Shown: one piece after another, positions 52,729-63,315 of the stretch | Layout of the letters: each line of letters opens with the position of its first letter | Numbering within the stretch: position 1 is the stretch's first letter | From: an uncultured Christensenella sp. | Lineage (GTDB): Bacteria; Bacillota; Clostridia; Christensenellales; UBA1242 | Length of the DNA: 64,000 nt | Assembly (NCBI GenBank): GCA_949292875.1 | Contig: CASFBJ010000016.1 | Span: 31 to 64,030 of the forward strand | Reading direction: 5' to 3' | Translations under genes and position numbers: made by a program | Notes under the pieces: generated by a model | Seen by the model: the letters and a program-made list of their open reading frames with translations, nothing else | Databases searched by the model: none | What the model was told of the DNA's origin: nothing

Positions 52729-54243
52729 ATGGAGAATATAATATTAAATACTAAAAAACATTTAGGAAGAAAGCAAGTCATATTAGACTGCAAGTTTGGA
52801 ATAGATAACGGAAAAGAAGTAGATAAAATATTATCTGTTCAATCTAAACCCATAATTACAGAAACCAATTGTGTTAATGGTAAAATTAATTATGGCGGAA
52901 AGTTAGATACAAGTTTACTATACTCTACTACAAATGGTGAAAAGATTTCACTAATCGCCGTTTCCGACTTTTCCGAAACTTTTGAAAGTAATGAAATAGA
53001 TGAAGACTCTCTAGCAATAATAGATTGTAAATTAGTAGATATTACTACTCCTTCTATTAAAACAAACGAAGTTAAAGTTGCCTGTATAGTTGATGTAAAT
53101 GTGTGCACAATTTCAAAATCTGAAATAGATACAAATTACGAAAAAGAAAATATAATCATAAAGCAGAGTCAAAATTCTATAACTAGACATTTGTGCGATG
53201 TTGCAGACAACTTTGATATATGCGAAGAAATAAAACTTGAAGATACACTAAACCAAATTTTAAAAATAGATTACAACTTAAGTTTAAAAGATTGCTTTTG
53301 TGGTAACGGATTTCTCGTAGTTGATGCCGAATGTTTTGCTTGCATAACATACGAAGATGAAAATGCTGATACAAAATTTTTTAAAACTCATTTCCCGATA
53401 AAGCAAGAAATAGAATGCCCTAGTTCAACAAGTGAATGCTGTGCAAACATAAATGTCTGTGCTTTGAGTTACATAGCAAAAACAGTCGTAACACAAGCCA
53501 ATAATTACAACTTAATTAAATGCGATATCCCTATTCAAATAAGAGGAAATGTTTACGAAATAGCGGATATTTCATGTGTAGAAGATGCTTATTCAACAAG
53601 TGAAATAATAAGTTGTTCATTTGATTCAGTTAAAGCATTAAAATCAAGTTGTTCACATTTCTACGAAGACACTTGTAAAGGAAATGTACCAATAAAAGAC
53701 AATCTAGAAGATGTAAAAGTTCTAGCACTTCTTAGCTCAAACTGTGAAGTTGCGAACTACACTATAGATGAAGACAAACTAACTATAGAAGGAGTATTAA
53801 GCACTACTATTCTATACTCTACAGGAGCTGAAAACGAAGAAGAGAAAGCTATTATAACACCTGCAATTGCAGAGTTTGGTTTTGTAACTACCACAAACAC
53901 AACTAAGTTAAAAAATTGCACAGACTTAAATGTTCACTGCGGAATAAATGACTTAGACATCAATGTAAAAAATGGAGAGTTTGAAATATTATCTAAACTA
54001 GATTTCTGGATTTTTGGTACTTGCGAAGATGATATAAAAATTTTGAAAAAGGTAGACACTGTTTCTAAAAGACCTAATCCTGACTGTGCTATCCAAATAT
54101 TTTTTGCCGAAAAAAACCAAAACATATGGGAATTAGCTAAAGAAATAGGATTAAGTCAAGAAGAAATACTAAGACAAAATCCTACTTTGCAAGAAAATGT
54201 AGAGCAAGGCACAAAAATAGTTATATATCATAAAGTACACTAA
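52729..54243 (+). CDS. sipL: SipL-like spore coat morphogenetic protein (SPOCS/DUF3794 repeats plus LysM)
   Basis: Three repeats of the type KIL....I...G.L...LLY; C-terminal LysM IWELAK..G...EEILRQNP; upstream CATACATA sigmaE-like -10. Confidence 0.8.
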   Translation: MENIILNTKKHLGRKQVILDCKFGIDNGKEVDKILSVQSKPIITETNCVNGKINYGGKLDTSLLYSTTNGEKISLIAVSDFSETFESNEIDEDSLAIIDCKLVDITTPSIKTNEVKVACIVDVNVCTISKSEIDTNYEKENIIIKQSQNSITRHLCDVADNFDICEEIKLEDTLNQILKIDYNLSLKDCFCGNGFLVVDAECFACITYEDENADTKFFKTHFPIKQEIECPSSTSECCANINVCALSYIAKTVVTQANNYNLIKCDIPIQIRGNVYEIADISCVEDAYSTSEIISCSFDSVKALKSSCSHFYEDTCKGNVPIKDNLEDVKVLALLSSNCEVANYTIDEDKLTIEGVLSTTILYSTGAENEEEKAIITPAIAEFGFVTTTNTTKLKNCTDLNVHCGINDLDINVKNGEFEILSKLDFWIFGTCEDDIKILKKVDTVSKRPNPDCAIQIFFAEKNQNIWELAKEIGLSQEEILRQNPTLQENVEQGTKIVIYHKVH

Positions 54244-54246
54244 TAC

Positions 54247-54283
54247 AAAAAGCACATATTTACAAAAGTAATATGTGCTTTTT
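54247..54283. terminator. Bidirectional terminator
   Basis: AAAAAGCACATATT...AATATGTGCTTTTT. Confidence 0.75.
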
Positions 54284-54285
54284 CA

Positions 54286-55062
54286 TTATATTTCTTGCCT
54301 ATATTTTAACTTCACATTTGTAAGATACATTTTAGTAAACCCTGCAAACATCCTTTTACCAAAAACCTTATAAACAGCCTTTAAAAATTTTTCTTTTCGC
54401 TTCAACTCTTTCGTAAACCAAGACGCATCAAAATAGTGAATAGCATATGTATTTTGAGTTACATTAATTTCTTTAGTTGTAAAATTTATTGGACAAAAAT
54501 ATTCGTTATTATAAACAGACACACTATAATCGTGATTACCATCTAACGAATAAAGAATTTGATTTTTATTCTTCAATTCTAAACCATAATATTTTTTAAG
54601 AAACAATGTCCATACGGGAGTACTAGGTGTTAAATCCATTTTATCGCCACAAATAAAAGGATGAGTTTCATAAAATTTACACATCTTATCTAAAAACGGA
54701 TGACCTTTAACAGAACCTAAAAAAGCAGTCTCTAAATATGCTTCATTTTCAAAAGATATTAAAAAATCATTATCTAGCAAATCATCTAAAGGCTTAGTAA
54801 GTTCCACATCTGTATCCATGTATATACCACCATAATCATATAGTACTTTTGCCCTTATATAATCTGGAACAAATCCGTATTTTTTAGCTTGATAAGCTTG
54901 AGATGAAAATAAACTTTGATTAATATCAAAATTTGTTTCATTCCATTCTATTATTTTATAATCTGGACAATACTTTTTCCAACTCTCTAAACATCTATAA
55001 AAAAGTTCAGGCTTTGCTTTTTCTCCAACCCATACATAATGTATAATTTTAGGTATCGCCAT
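54286..55062 (-). CDS. Glycosyltransferase family 32 (OCH1-like)
   Basis: IPKIIHYVW, SWKKYCPDY, DYIR..LYDYGGIYMDTD. Confidence 0.9.
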   Translation of the reverse strand: MAIPKIIHYVWVGEKAKPELFYRCLESWKKYCPDYKIIEWNETNFDINQSLFSSQAYQAKKYGFVPDYIRAKVLYDYGGIYMDTDVELTKPLDDLLDNDFLISFENEAYLETAFLGSVKGHPFLDKMCKFYETHPFICGDKMDLTPSTPVWTLFLKKYYGLELKNKNQILYSLDGNHDYSVSVYNNEYFCPINFTTKEINVTQNTYAIHYFDASWFTKELKRKEKFLKAVYKVFGKRMFAGFTKMYLTNVKLKYRQEI

Positions 55063-55226
55063 ATTATTCCTCCTTATAACCTTATACATTATATCATAAA
55101 ATGTAAAAACATGTACTATATTTATTAAAATTTTTTATAAAATTATATTTTTTTTAACTAAAAAAGAACTCTACATTTAAGCAAAGTTCTTTTTGATTAA
55201 AATACTTTATAGAAACTATTGTTTCA

Positions 55227-55562
55227 TTACTTAATTAATGGCACGATTACACCAGCTATAACTAATAGCAAGCAAATCACATACAATACTTTCCAAACCA
55301 TTGGTTTAGCTTTTACATAACGCCAAGCAAGTATAGAAACTATAACTATCATAATAGCTGTTGCCAAAGCTTGTAAAACAGCAACAACTTTTAAGCTTAC
55401 TCCAGCTAGTGCCAATACCATAGAAACAGCATACAAAAAAGCAACCGCAACTATAGTATACATACTAATCTTATTTAAACCCCAAACATTGCTTCTTTTA
55501 GATGAAGACTTAGAACTTGAGCTTGAACTTGAGCTTGACTTATTTGAACTATTATTTGCCAT
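55227..55562 (-). CDS. Small three-TM membrane protein with a Ser-rich N-terminus
   Basis: GGAGG RBS at ATG 55562; TTGACA-18-TATACT promoter. Confidence 0.75.
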   Translation of the reverse strand: MANNSSNKSSSSSSSSSKSSSKRSNVWGLNKISMYTIVAVAFLYAVSMVLALAGVSLKVVAVLQALATAIMIVIVSILAWRYVKAKPMVWKVLYVICLLLVIAGVIVPLIK

Positions 55563-55691
55563 AAAGCACCTCCTTATATATCTACAATTAGTATACCCCT
55601 TATCTATAATATTTGTCAATACCTAAATTACAATTTTCTATATTTTTAGAGTATTTTTTTTGGCGTTTTATCTTTTTTATTTAGGTTATTA

Positions 55692-55953
55692 TTATATTAT
55701 TATAAGTAAAGGGTCATCAAATAAAAACATATTAGGAGGAAACGCTGTAAATGTAAAATAGCATACTAAAATTATTATCATGCCTACAATTGATATCACA
55801 TGTAGTATTTTATTTTGTCCTTTCCATTTCAATAGAAAGTAAGACACTATAAAGCCACTCAAAAAAGTGGAAACCTATACTACATACGAGAAATGGAAAA
55901 ACTTCCAAATGTAAAAAAAGTAATAAAGAAAAATAGTAAACAAAAAGAAAAAG
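55692..55953 (-). pseudogene. Remnant of a membrane-protein gene with a DUF6512-like C-terminus
   Basis: Reads ...FYIWKFFHFSYVV*VSTFLSGFIVSYFLLKW...FTFTAFPPNMFLFDDP with an in-frame TAG and no start. Confidence 0.45.
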
Positions 55954-56027
55954 TATTATAATTTTCTTACAATACTAAATCAAACTTTTATCAATTGAAA
56001 AACAATACCACTTAGTTTAAAATAATA

Positions 56028-56081
56028 AAAAAGTTCCTTATTGACTATCTCACTTATAAGCAGTCATTAAAGAACTTTTTT
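56028..56081 (-). terminator. Terminator of the ADH-ALDH-yhhN operon
   Basis: AAAAAGTTC.TTA.TGACT...AGTCATTAAAGAACTTTTT directly after the stop codon. Confidence 0.65.
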
Positions 56082-56083
56082 AA

Positions 56084-56839
56084 CTATTTATCTTCCCTAT
56101 TTTCTTCTTGCTCACTTTCCATTTCTTGTGCTTCAATACTTTCCTTAACTTTATTATCTTCATATGCAATATATATTGAATAAGCCAAAGCAAATTCTGC
56201 TGGATAGTAAAGAGATAGACAAAGCACTTGAGCAAGCATAATTCCACCACCAAAAACATTGAAAAGTAGCATTAAATCAGATAAGAAAAACAGTGTACTA
56301 CCTAAAAATACATATATATTTGTCATAGTTCTCTTTCCAATTAAGTTAGACAAAGCCTTACCTACCATTAAAGATATAACTACAGCGTACAAACAAGCAA
56401 CCACTTCCATAAGCACACTACCATAATCTAAGTTAGGGAAAAATACTACAACAAGTATAGAAGGTATACAAATACAAGCAAAACAAATTGCATCTCTTAA
56501 GCAAAGTTTACTAAGTTTTATGTATGAAATAAAATAGAATATATGAGCAACAGCAAAAAGTACAGCTCCTGTTATAAAATGTATTTCAAGTATGATATCT
56601 CCTAACATTGCAAAAAACAAACCAATACAAATAAGTATTCCAAAAATCATATGAGATTTATCTTTTTTAACAAGTAGGACATATAACAAATTTAGCACTC
56701 CTATAAGCACAAATATTACGCTAGTTACAGCTTTTAAAACCAATAATTCTGTGATTATATATGCTATATCTCCAGCAATAAGCAAAAGGAGCAAAACACT
56801 ATTTATTATATACATATGATTATCATTAATTTTATCCAT
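56084..56839 (-). CDS. YhhN/TMEM86 family lysoplasmalogenase
   Basis: LGDIIL, G..LF.VAH..Y, Y..VI..M, GSTLFFLSD..L, YYPAE; about 8 TM segments. Confidence 0.88.
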   Translation of the reverse strand: MDKINDNHMYIINSVLLLLLIAGDIAYIITELLVLKAVTSVIFVLIGVLNLLYVLLVKKDKSHMIFGILICIGLFFAMLGDIILEIHFITGAVLFAVAHIFYFISYIKLSKLCLRDAICFACICIPSILVVVFFPNLDYGSVLMEVVACLYAVVISLMVGKALSNLIGKRTMTNIYVFLGSTLFFLSDLMLLFNVFGGGIMLAQVLCLSLYYPAEFALAYSIYIAYEDNKVKESIEAQEMESEQEENREDK

Positions 56840-56871
56840 AATTTCACCTCAAAAATTATCTTTTAGTAATG

Positions 56872-58248
56872 TTATTTCATAAACATCTTTATCATTTTAT
56901 CTTTTTTGCTATTATATGGTTGATACCTTATAGGCAAATCTATCCATGTCTTTTTATCTACTATACTCTTATAATGCGTAAATGTGTCAAAACCCACCTT
57001 ACCATGATATGCACCCATTCCACTTTTACCTATGCCACCGAAACCCATTTCATGAGTTGCTATTTGCATTATAGTATCGTTAATACAACCGCCACCAAAT
57101 TTGCAATTTCTAATTACTTTTTGCTCATTTTCTTTTGATGATGAAAATATATACAATGCTAGTGGTGCGTCATTTGCATTGATAAAATTTATAGCTTCAT
57201 CTAATTCGCTAAAAGTTACAACAGGCAAAATAGGACCAAAAATTTCTTCCTTCATACACAAATCATCAAAATTTGCTTGTATAATTGTTGGCTCTATTTT
57301 TAGTCTTTCTTCATCATGTCTGCCACCAAATAAAATGTTATCCTCTTTTAAATGTCTCATAGATAAATCATAACTTTTTTTGTTTACCATTTTACCATAC
57401 AATTCATTATCTATAGGGTCTAAACCATATTGTAAAACTACTTGCCTTTTTACTTCTTTTAATAATTCATCTTTTATGCTTTCATCACAATACAAATAAT
57501 CTGGAGCAACACAAGTTTGACCACAATTCAAAAATTTACCAAAAACTATTCTTTTAGCCGCAAGTTTTAAATCAGCAGTCTTATCTACAATACAAGGACT
57601 TTTTCCTCCCATTTCAAGTGTAACAGGAACAAAATTTTCACTCGCTTTTTCAAGTACAATCTTTCCAACTCTAGTACTACCTGTAAAGAATATATAATCT
57701 ACTTTTTGTTCTAGTAACATTGTACTTTCTTCTACACCACCCAAAACATCATAGACATGCTCTTTTCTAAAAGTTCTTCTTATAAGTTTATCCATAACCC
57801 TTGTAACATTAGGAGAGTGTTCACTAGACCTACATATAACAGTATTGCCGGCAGAAATTGCATCTACTAAAGGTTGCATAGTAAGTAAAAATGGATAGTT
57901 CCAAGGGCTTAGTATAAGCACTACACCATAAGGTGAAGGCTTTACAAAACTTTTTGCACAAAATTGTGCAATAGGAGTTTTCACTCGTTTTTCTTTTGCA
58001 AACTTTTTTATATGTTTAATCATATATCTTATTTCAGACAATACCATTCCTACTTCAGACATATAAGCTTCAGTACTACTTTTACCTAAATCTTTGTACA
58101 GAGCCTCGCAGATTTCATTTTGCATAACCTGTATATTTGTATACAAATTCTTAAGCGAATCTAACCTATAAGATACATCTAATGTTTCTCCGGTTAGAAA
58201 AAAATCTTTTTGCATTGCAACTATGTTTTCTATTTCTTCTCTAGTCAT
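56872..58248 (-). CDS. Aldehyde dehydrogenase, family 3/YwdH (fatty-aldehyde) type
   Basis: PYGVVLILSPWNYPF, FFTGS, LEMGGKSP, NCGQTCVAPDY, EEIFGP, FGG.GKSGMGAYHG. Confidence 0.92.
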   Translation of the reverse strand: MTREEIENIVAMQKDFFLTGETLDVSYRLDSLKNLYTNIQVMQNEICEALYKDLGKSSTEAYMSEVGMVLSEIRYMIKHIKKFAKEKRVKTPIAQFCAKSFVKPSPYGVVLILSPWNYPFLLTMQPLVDAISAGNTVICRSSEHSPNVTRVMDKLIRRTFRKEHVYDVLGGVEESTMLLEQKVDYIFFTGSTRVGKIVLEKASENFVPVTLEMGGKSPCIVDKTADLKLAAKRIVFGKFLNCGQTCVAPDYLYCDESIKDELLKEVKRQVVLQYGLDPIDNELYGKMVNKKSYDLSMRHLKEDNILFGGRHDEERLKIEPTIIQANFDDLCMKEEIFGPILPVVTFSELDEAINFINANDAPLALYIFSSSKENEQKVIRNCKFGGGCINDTIMQIATHEMGFGGIGKSGMGAYHGKVGFDTFTHYKSIVDKKTWIDLPIRYQPYNSKKDKMIKMFMK

Positions 58249-59446
58249 TGCCTTTCACCTCATAATATATTTTCGCAAGTTCTTCTTTACCCCAAAGAAT
58301 AGGAACAGGATATAAAGGATTTGCTTCTTTTTCCGCCTTTTCCGCAAGCTCCGATATATCTTCTTTTTGTATTTGTGGTATATATTTACCTATATTCATA
58401 TATCTTAGCATATCCTCAAGTTTGTAAATGAAAAGTTTTGCACCTTCTTCAAAGCTTACTTCTTCTCCAAAAAGTCCAGCATAAGAACCTAGTTCCCACA
58501 ACTTTTTATATATTGCTCTATCATACTTTTTTAAAACATATGGCAATATGACCGCATTTGTGTAACCATGTGCAAGATTATATTTTCCACTTAATGAATG
58601 AGATATTGCGTGCACATAACCCACATAAGACTTAGTAAAAGCAAGACCAGCCATATAAGATGCTCTAAGCATATTATCTCTTGCTAATAGATTGCTTCCA
58701 TTATCATACGCGTCTAGCAGATTTTCAAAAATAAGTTTTGTAGCCTCTAACGCATTTCCCCTAGTTTCCTTTGTTGTACTTCTTCCTATGTATGCCTCTA
58801 CCGCATGAGTTAAAGCATCTATACCAGTTGAAGCAGTGATACTTTGTGGTAAACCTTCAGTTAATGTAGCATCTAATACAGCATATGAAGGTATAAGATT
58901 GAAATCATTAATAGTGTATTTGTGTCTAGTTTGTGCATCTACTATAACACTCGCAAGTGTAGTTTCACTACCCGTACCTGCAGTTGTAGGCACAGCAATC
59001 AAAAGAGGTAATTTCCTACCAACTTTTAAAAGCCCTTTCATTTTCGTCAAAGTCTTTTTAGGACGAGCAATTCTAGCACCCACAGCCTTAGCACAATCTA
59101 TTGCAGAGCCACCACCAAAACCTATAAGTGCTTCACAACCCTGCTCTATATACATAACTCTAGCATCTTCCACATTATCACTTGTTGGATTAGCAACTGT
59201 ATCATCATAAATACACACTTCAATATTTTGATTAGCCAAACTCTCTTCCATATCTTTTGTGAGTCCCAAACTACTTATTCCTTTATCTGTTACTACCAAA
59301 ACTTTTTTAATATTTTTTTCGTTTAACATACTTGCAAGTTCTTGCATATTTTGCAAAATTTTTGGTTGACTATATGGCAAAATCGGTATAGCCCATTTAA
59401 AAATAGTTTGAAATGTTCTACAATACATTTTTTTAAAAATATTCAT
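58241..59446 (-). CDS. Iron-containing alcohol dehydrogenase
   Basis: GGGSAIDCAK, PTTAGTGSE, DALTHAVE, HAISH, HG. Confidence 0.93.
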   Translation of the reverse strand: MNIFKKMYCRTFQTIFKWAIPILPYSQPKILQNMQELASMLNEKNIKKVLVVTDKGISSLGLTKDMEESLANQNIEVCIYDDTVANPTSDNVEDARVMYIEQGCEALIGFGGGSAIDCAKAVGARIARPKKTLTKMKGLLKVGRKLPLLIAVPTTAGTGSETTLASVIVDAQTRHKYTINDFNLIPSYAVLDATLTEGLPQSITASTGIDALTHAVEAYIGRSTTKETRGNALEATKLIFENLLDAYDNGSNLLARDNMLRASYMAGLAFTKSYVGYVHAISHSLSGKYNLAHGYTNAVILPYVLKKYDRAIYKKLWELGSYAGLFGEEVSFEEGAKLFIYKLEDMLRYMNIGKYIPQIQKEDISELAEKAEKEANPLYPVPILWGKEELAKIYYEVKGND

Positions 59447-59744
59447 ACCCTTCTTTCCCCCAACATTGTAAAATTAACTAAAAATTTTAAATAAATTAAA
59501 ACTAAATTTACTTTTTTCAACTCAAATATAACCTATTGCAAAATATTAAGCAACTATTTAATTAAAATACAATAAGTTTTACAATAAATGTAATATTATT
59601 TACTATAATGACACACTTTATTTACAGCGTTTTAAATTCATTTATTTATTTGATTTATTTAGAGTGTTAAATTAAAAAAAGATTATAGAAAACTATAACC
59701 TTTTTCTATCTATGATTTATCAAAAATAATGCAGATTTATAATA

Positions 59745-61115
59745 CTATTTTAACAAATTTTCCACAAAATTGATAACTTCTTCTATTGTCATTCTTTTTT
59801 GTTCCATTGTGTCCCTATCTCTTAGTGTAACTGTATTATTTTCTAAAGTATCAAAATCTATAGTTACACAGTAAGGAGTTCCTATTTCATCTTGCCTTCT
59901 ATATCTTTTTCCTATAGAACCTGCTTCATCATAATCGCAATAAAAATGCTTATTTAGTTCTGCATACATTTCTAATGCTTTTTCGCTTAAATTTTTTTGC
60001 AAAGGCAAAACAGCAACTTTATAACAAGCAAGCGTAGGGTGTAAATGCATAACTACTCTTGTATCTCCACCTTCAAGCTCTTGTTCTTCATAAGCATTAC
60101 ATAGTACAGCAAGCATTAATCTATCCGCACCTATACTATATTCTACAACTGTTGGAACATATTTTTCATTTGTAATAGGGTCCATATATAACATACTTTT
60201 ACCACTAAATTCTTGATGTCTACTCAAATCCCATGTTCCCCTGTGATGTATACCATTTAACTCACTCCAACCCATAGGATAATTATATTGAATATCACAA
60301 GCGCATTTTGCATAATGAGCCAACTTATCATGGTCCTTATATCTTAAAAAATCTTGCTTTATGCCTATAGATAGTAGGAAATCTAATGCTTTTTTCTTAT
60401 ACTCATTATAGAATGCAAAACTTTCATCTTCTTTACAGAAAAGTTGATGCTCCATTTGTTCAAATTCTATCGTTCTGTATGTGAAGTTTCCAGGTGTTAT
60501 CTCATTTCTAAAAGCTTTACCTATTTGCGCTATACCAAAAGGTACTTTTGCTCTCATAGTTCTTTGAACATTAAGAAAGTTAACAAATTCGCCTTGCGCG
60601 GTCTCAGGTCTAAGATAAACTATATCTTTGTTATCAGCAACCGTTCCCCTACTTGTTTCAAACATGAGTTTAAATTGTCTAATAGGTGTAAAATTTTTCT
60701 TACCGCAATTAGGGCATTTAATGTCATTATCATCTATAAACTTTTGCATTTCTTCATCAGTCATAGCATCTACATTAATTTGTAAACCTTTTTTCTTTGC
60801 ATAGTCTTCTATTAGGTTATCCGCCCTATGCCTTGTTTTACACTCTTTACAATCCATTTTAGGGTCACTAAAACTAGCAGTATGCCCACTTGCTTCCCAT
60901 ACTTTAGGATTCATAAGAATGGCTGCATCTAAACCATAAGTTGACTTATTATTATAAACAAAATATTTCCACCATGCTTTTTTAATGTTATTTTTAATCT
61001 CTACTCCTACTGGACCATAATCCCATGTATTTCCAAGTCCATCATATATCTCGCTTCCTTGAAAAATTATACCCCTTGATTTACATAAATTAGAAATCTT
61101 ATCCATTGTTACCAT
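59745..61115 (-). CDS. glyQS: Glycine--tRNA ligase (alpha2 type)
   Basis: DYGPVG, YLRPETAQG, GKAFRNEITPGNF, EFEQME, SIGKRYRRQDEIGTPYC. Confidence 0.96.
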   Translation of the reverse strand: MVTMDKISNLCKSRGIIFQGSEIYDGLGNTWDYGPVGVEIKNNIKKAWWKYFVYNNKSTYGLDAAILMNPKVWEASGHTASFSDPKMDCKECKTRHRADNLIEDYAKKKGLQINVDAMTDEEMQKFIDDNDIKCPNCGKKNFTPIRQFKLMFETSRGTVADNKDIVYLRPETAQGEFVNFLNVQRTMRAKVPFGIAQIGKAFRNEITPGNFTYRTIEFEQMEHQLFCKEDESFAFYNEYKKKALDFLLSIGIKQDFLRYKDHDKLAHYAKCACDIQYNYPMGWSELNGIHHRGTWDLSRHQEFSGKSMLYMDPITNEKYVPTVVEYSIGADRLMLAVLCNAYEEQELEGGDTRVVMHLHPTLACYKVAVLPLQKNLSEKALEMYAELNKHFYCDYDEAGSIGKRYRRQDEIGTPYCVTIDFDTLENNTVTLRDRDTMEQKRMTIEEVINFVENLLK

Positions 61116-61149
61116 ATTTTTTTATCTCCTTAACATTTTATATGCTTAC

Positions 61150-61320
61150 AAAGAAAAAGGCGACACTATATCCTTTTTCTTTACTATGGATATAGGGACG
61201 CCTTTAGCGCGGTTCCACCCTATTTATGCTTTATAGCATCACTTAATTAGTAATAACACTTACTTACGCGTACACCATTTTAGTGTAAACTCACGGCACG
61301 CCACGCCGGTCATAGTCTTT
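61150..61320 (-). ncRNA. T-box riboswitch (Gly), transcriptional, ultrashort Stem I
   Basis: AAUAGGG-UGGAACC-GCG...CGUCCCU antiterminator, Stem III, terminator with U-run, GGC codon in the Stem I loop. Confidence 0.9.
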
Positions 61321-61326
61321 AAATTT

Positions 61327-61355
61327 ATTATATATCTAAAATTTATCAATGTCAA
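61327..61355 (-). promoter_or_regulatory. sigmaA promoter of the glyQS leader
   Basis: Perfect TTGACA-17-TATAAT. Confidence 0.85.
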
Positions 61356-61520
61356 CATTAAACAACTATTATTTATCAATATTTTTCATTTTGTTATATT
61401 TTTTATCCATTATTTTTAAAGATGAAAACTTATTTTTAACTAAAATACATTTTTAGCATACCGCTACTTGACTTTTTTATAAAACTACTGTACATTTATA
61501 AAAAATAATAATAAGGATAA

Positions 61521-62675
<1,155 letters not shown>

Positions 62676-62761
62676 TAAAAACACATCATTAATTAAGAAT
62701 TTTATCTTTTTAATGATGTATTTTTTATTTAATTTTATTTTTACTATATTTTTTAAAATTA

Positions 62762-63274
62762 TTATTCTCTATTATCGTTTATCTCCTGTTTGTTGCATTC
62801 AGTAAACTGTCTTAAAAATTTTTCAAATATTTCTTTATGTTCTTTCTCATCTTCTATAATGCTTCTTATTCTTTCTATATAGTCTTGATTATCTGTCATC
62901 TTAATTAGGTTTTCATAAACTCTAATTGCGTATGCTTCACCTTTTATATTTGCTTGTAAAAATTTCATTATATTTAATTCATAATTTATGTATGTAGAAT
63001 TCCAAGGTCTATTCATATCATTTACTACATAAGGAATAATACCCATATCCACTAATATTTCATTCAAGCTTTTAAAGTGATGCATTTCATCTTCTGCTAT
63101 TTCTATAAGAGCATCTTTTAATGCAGAATATTTTTCACTATTTGGAAGAATAAGAGATTGAAAAGTATAAGTCATTATTGCCGACAATTCACCATTATTT
63201 CCATTTAATGCTGATAATATATTTGAAACAAATCTAGGGTTTTGACCCATTTTTAAAATTTTGTAGTATCGCAT
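62762..63274 (-). CDS. Ferritin-like/Mn-catalase-like protein, probably spore-associated
   Basis: GELSAIMTY.FQ, IAEDEMHH, GE..AI..Y, IIEDEKEH. Confidence 0.8.
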   Translation of the reverse strand: MRYYKILKMGQNPRFVSNILSALNGNNGELSAIMTYTFQSLILPNSEKYSALKDALIEIAEDEMHHFKSLNEILVDMGIIPYVVNDMNRPWNSTYINYELNIMKFLQANIKGEAYAIRVYENLIKMTDNQDYIERIRSIIEDEKEHKEIFEKFLRQFTECNKQEINDNRE

Positions 63275-63315
63275 ATTATGTTATATGCTTTTACATATTC
63301 AATGTGTGCAAACTT

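Noticed and set aside
55500-55550. Tandem repeat GAACTTGAGCTT
   Set aside because: It simply encodes a poly-Ser linker.
26884-56081. Recurrent GAACT...AGTTC palindromes as SOS boxes or a repeat family
   Set aside because: Spacing does not fit GAAC-N4-GTTC, and all lie at gene 3' ends with A/T tails, so they are ordinary terminators.
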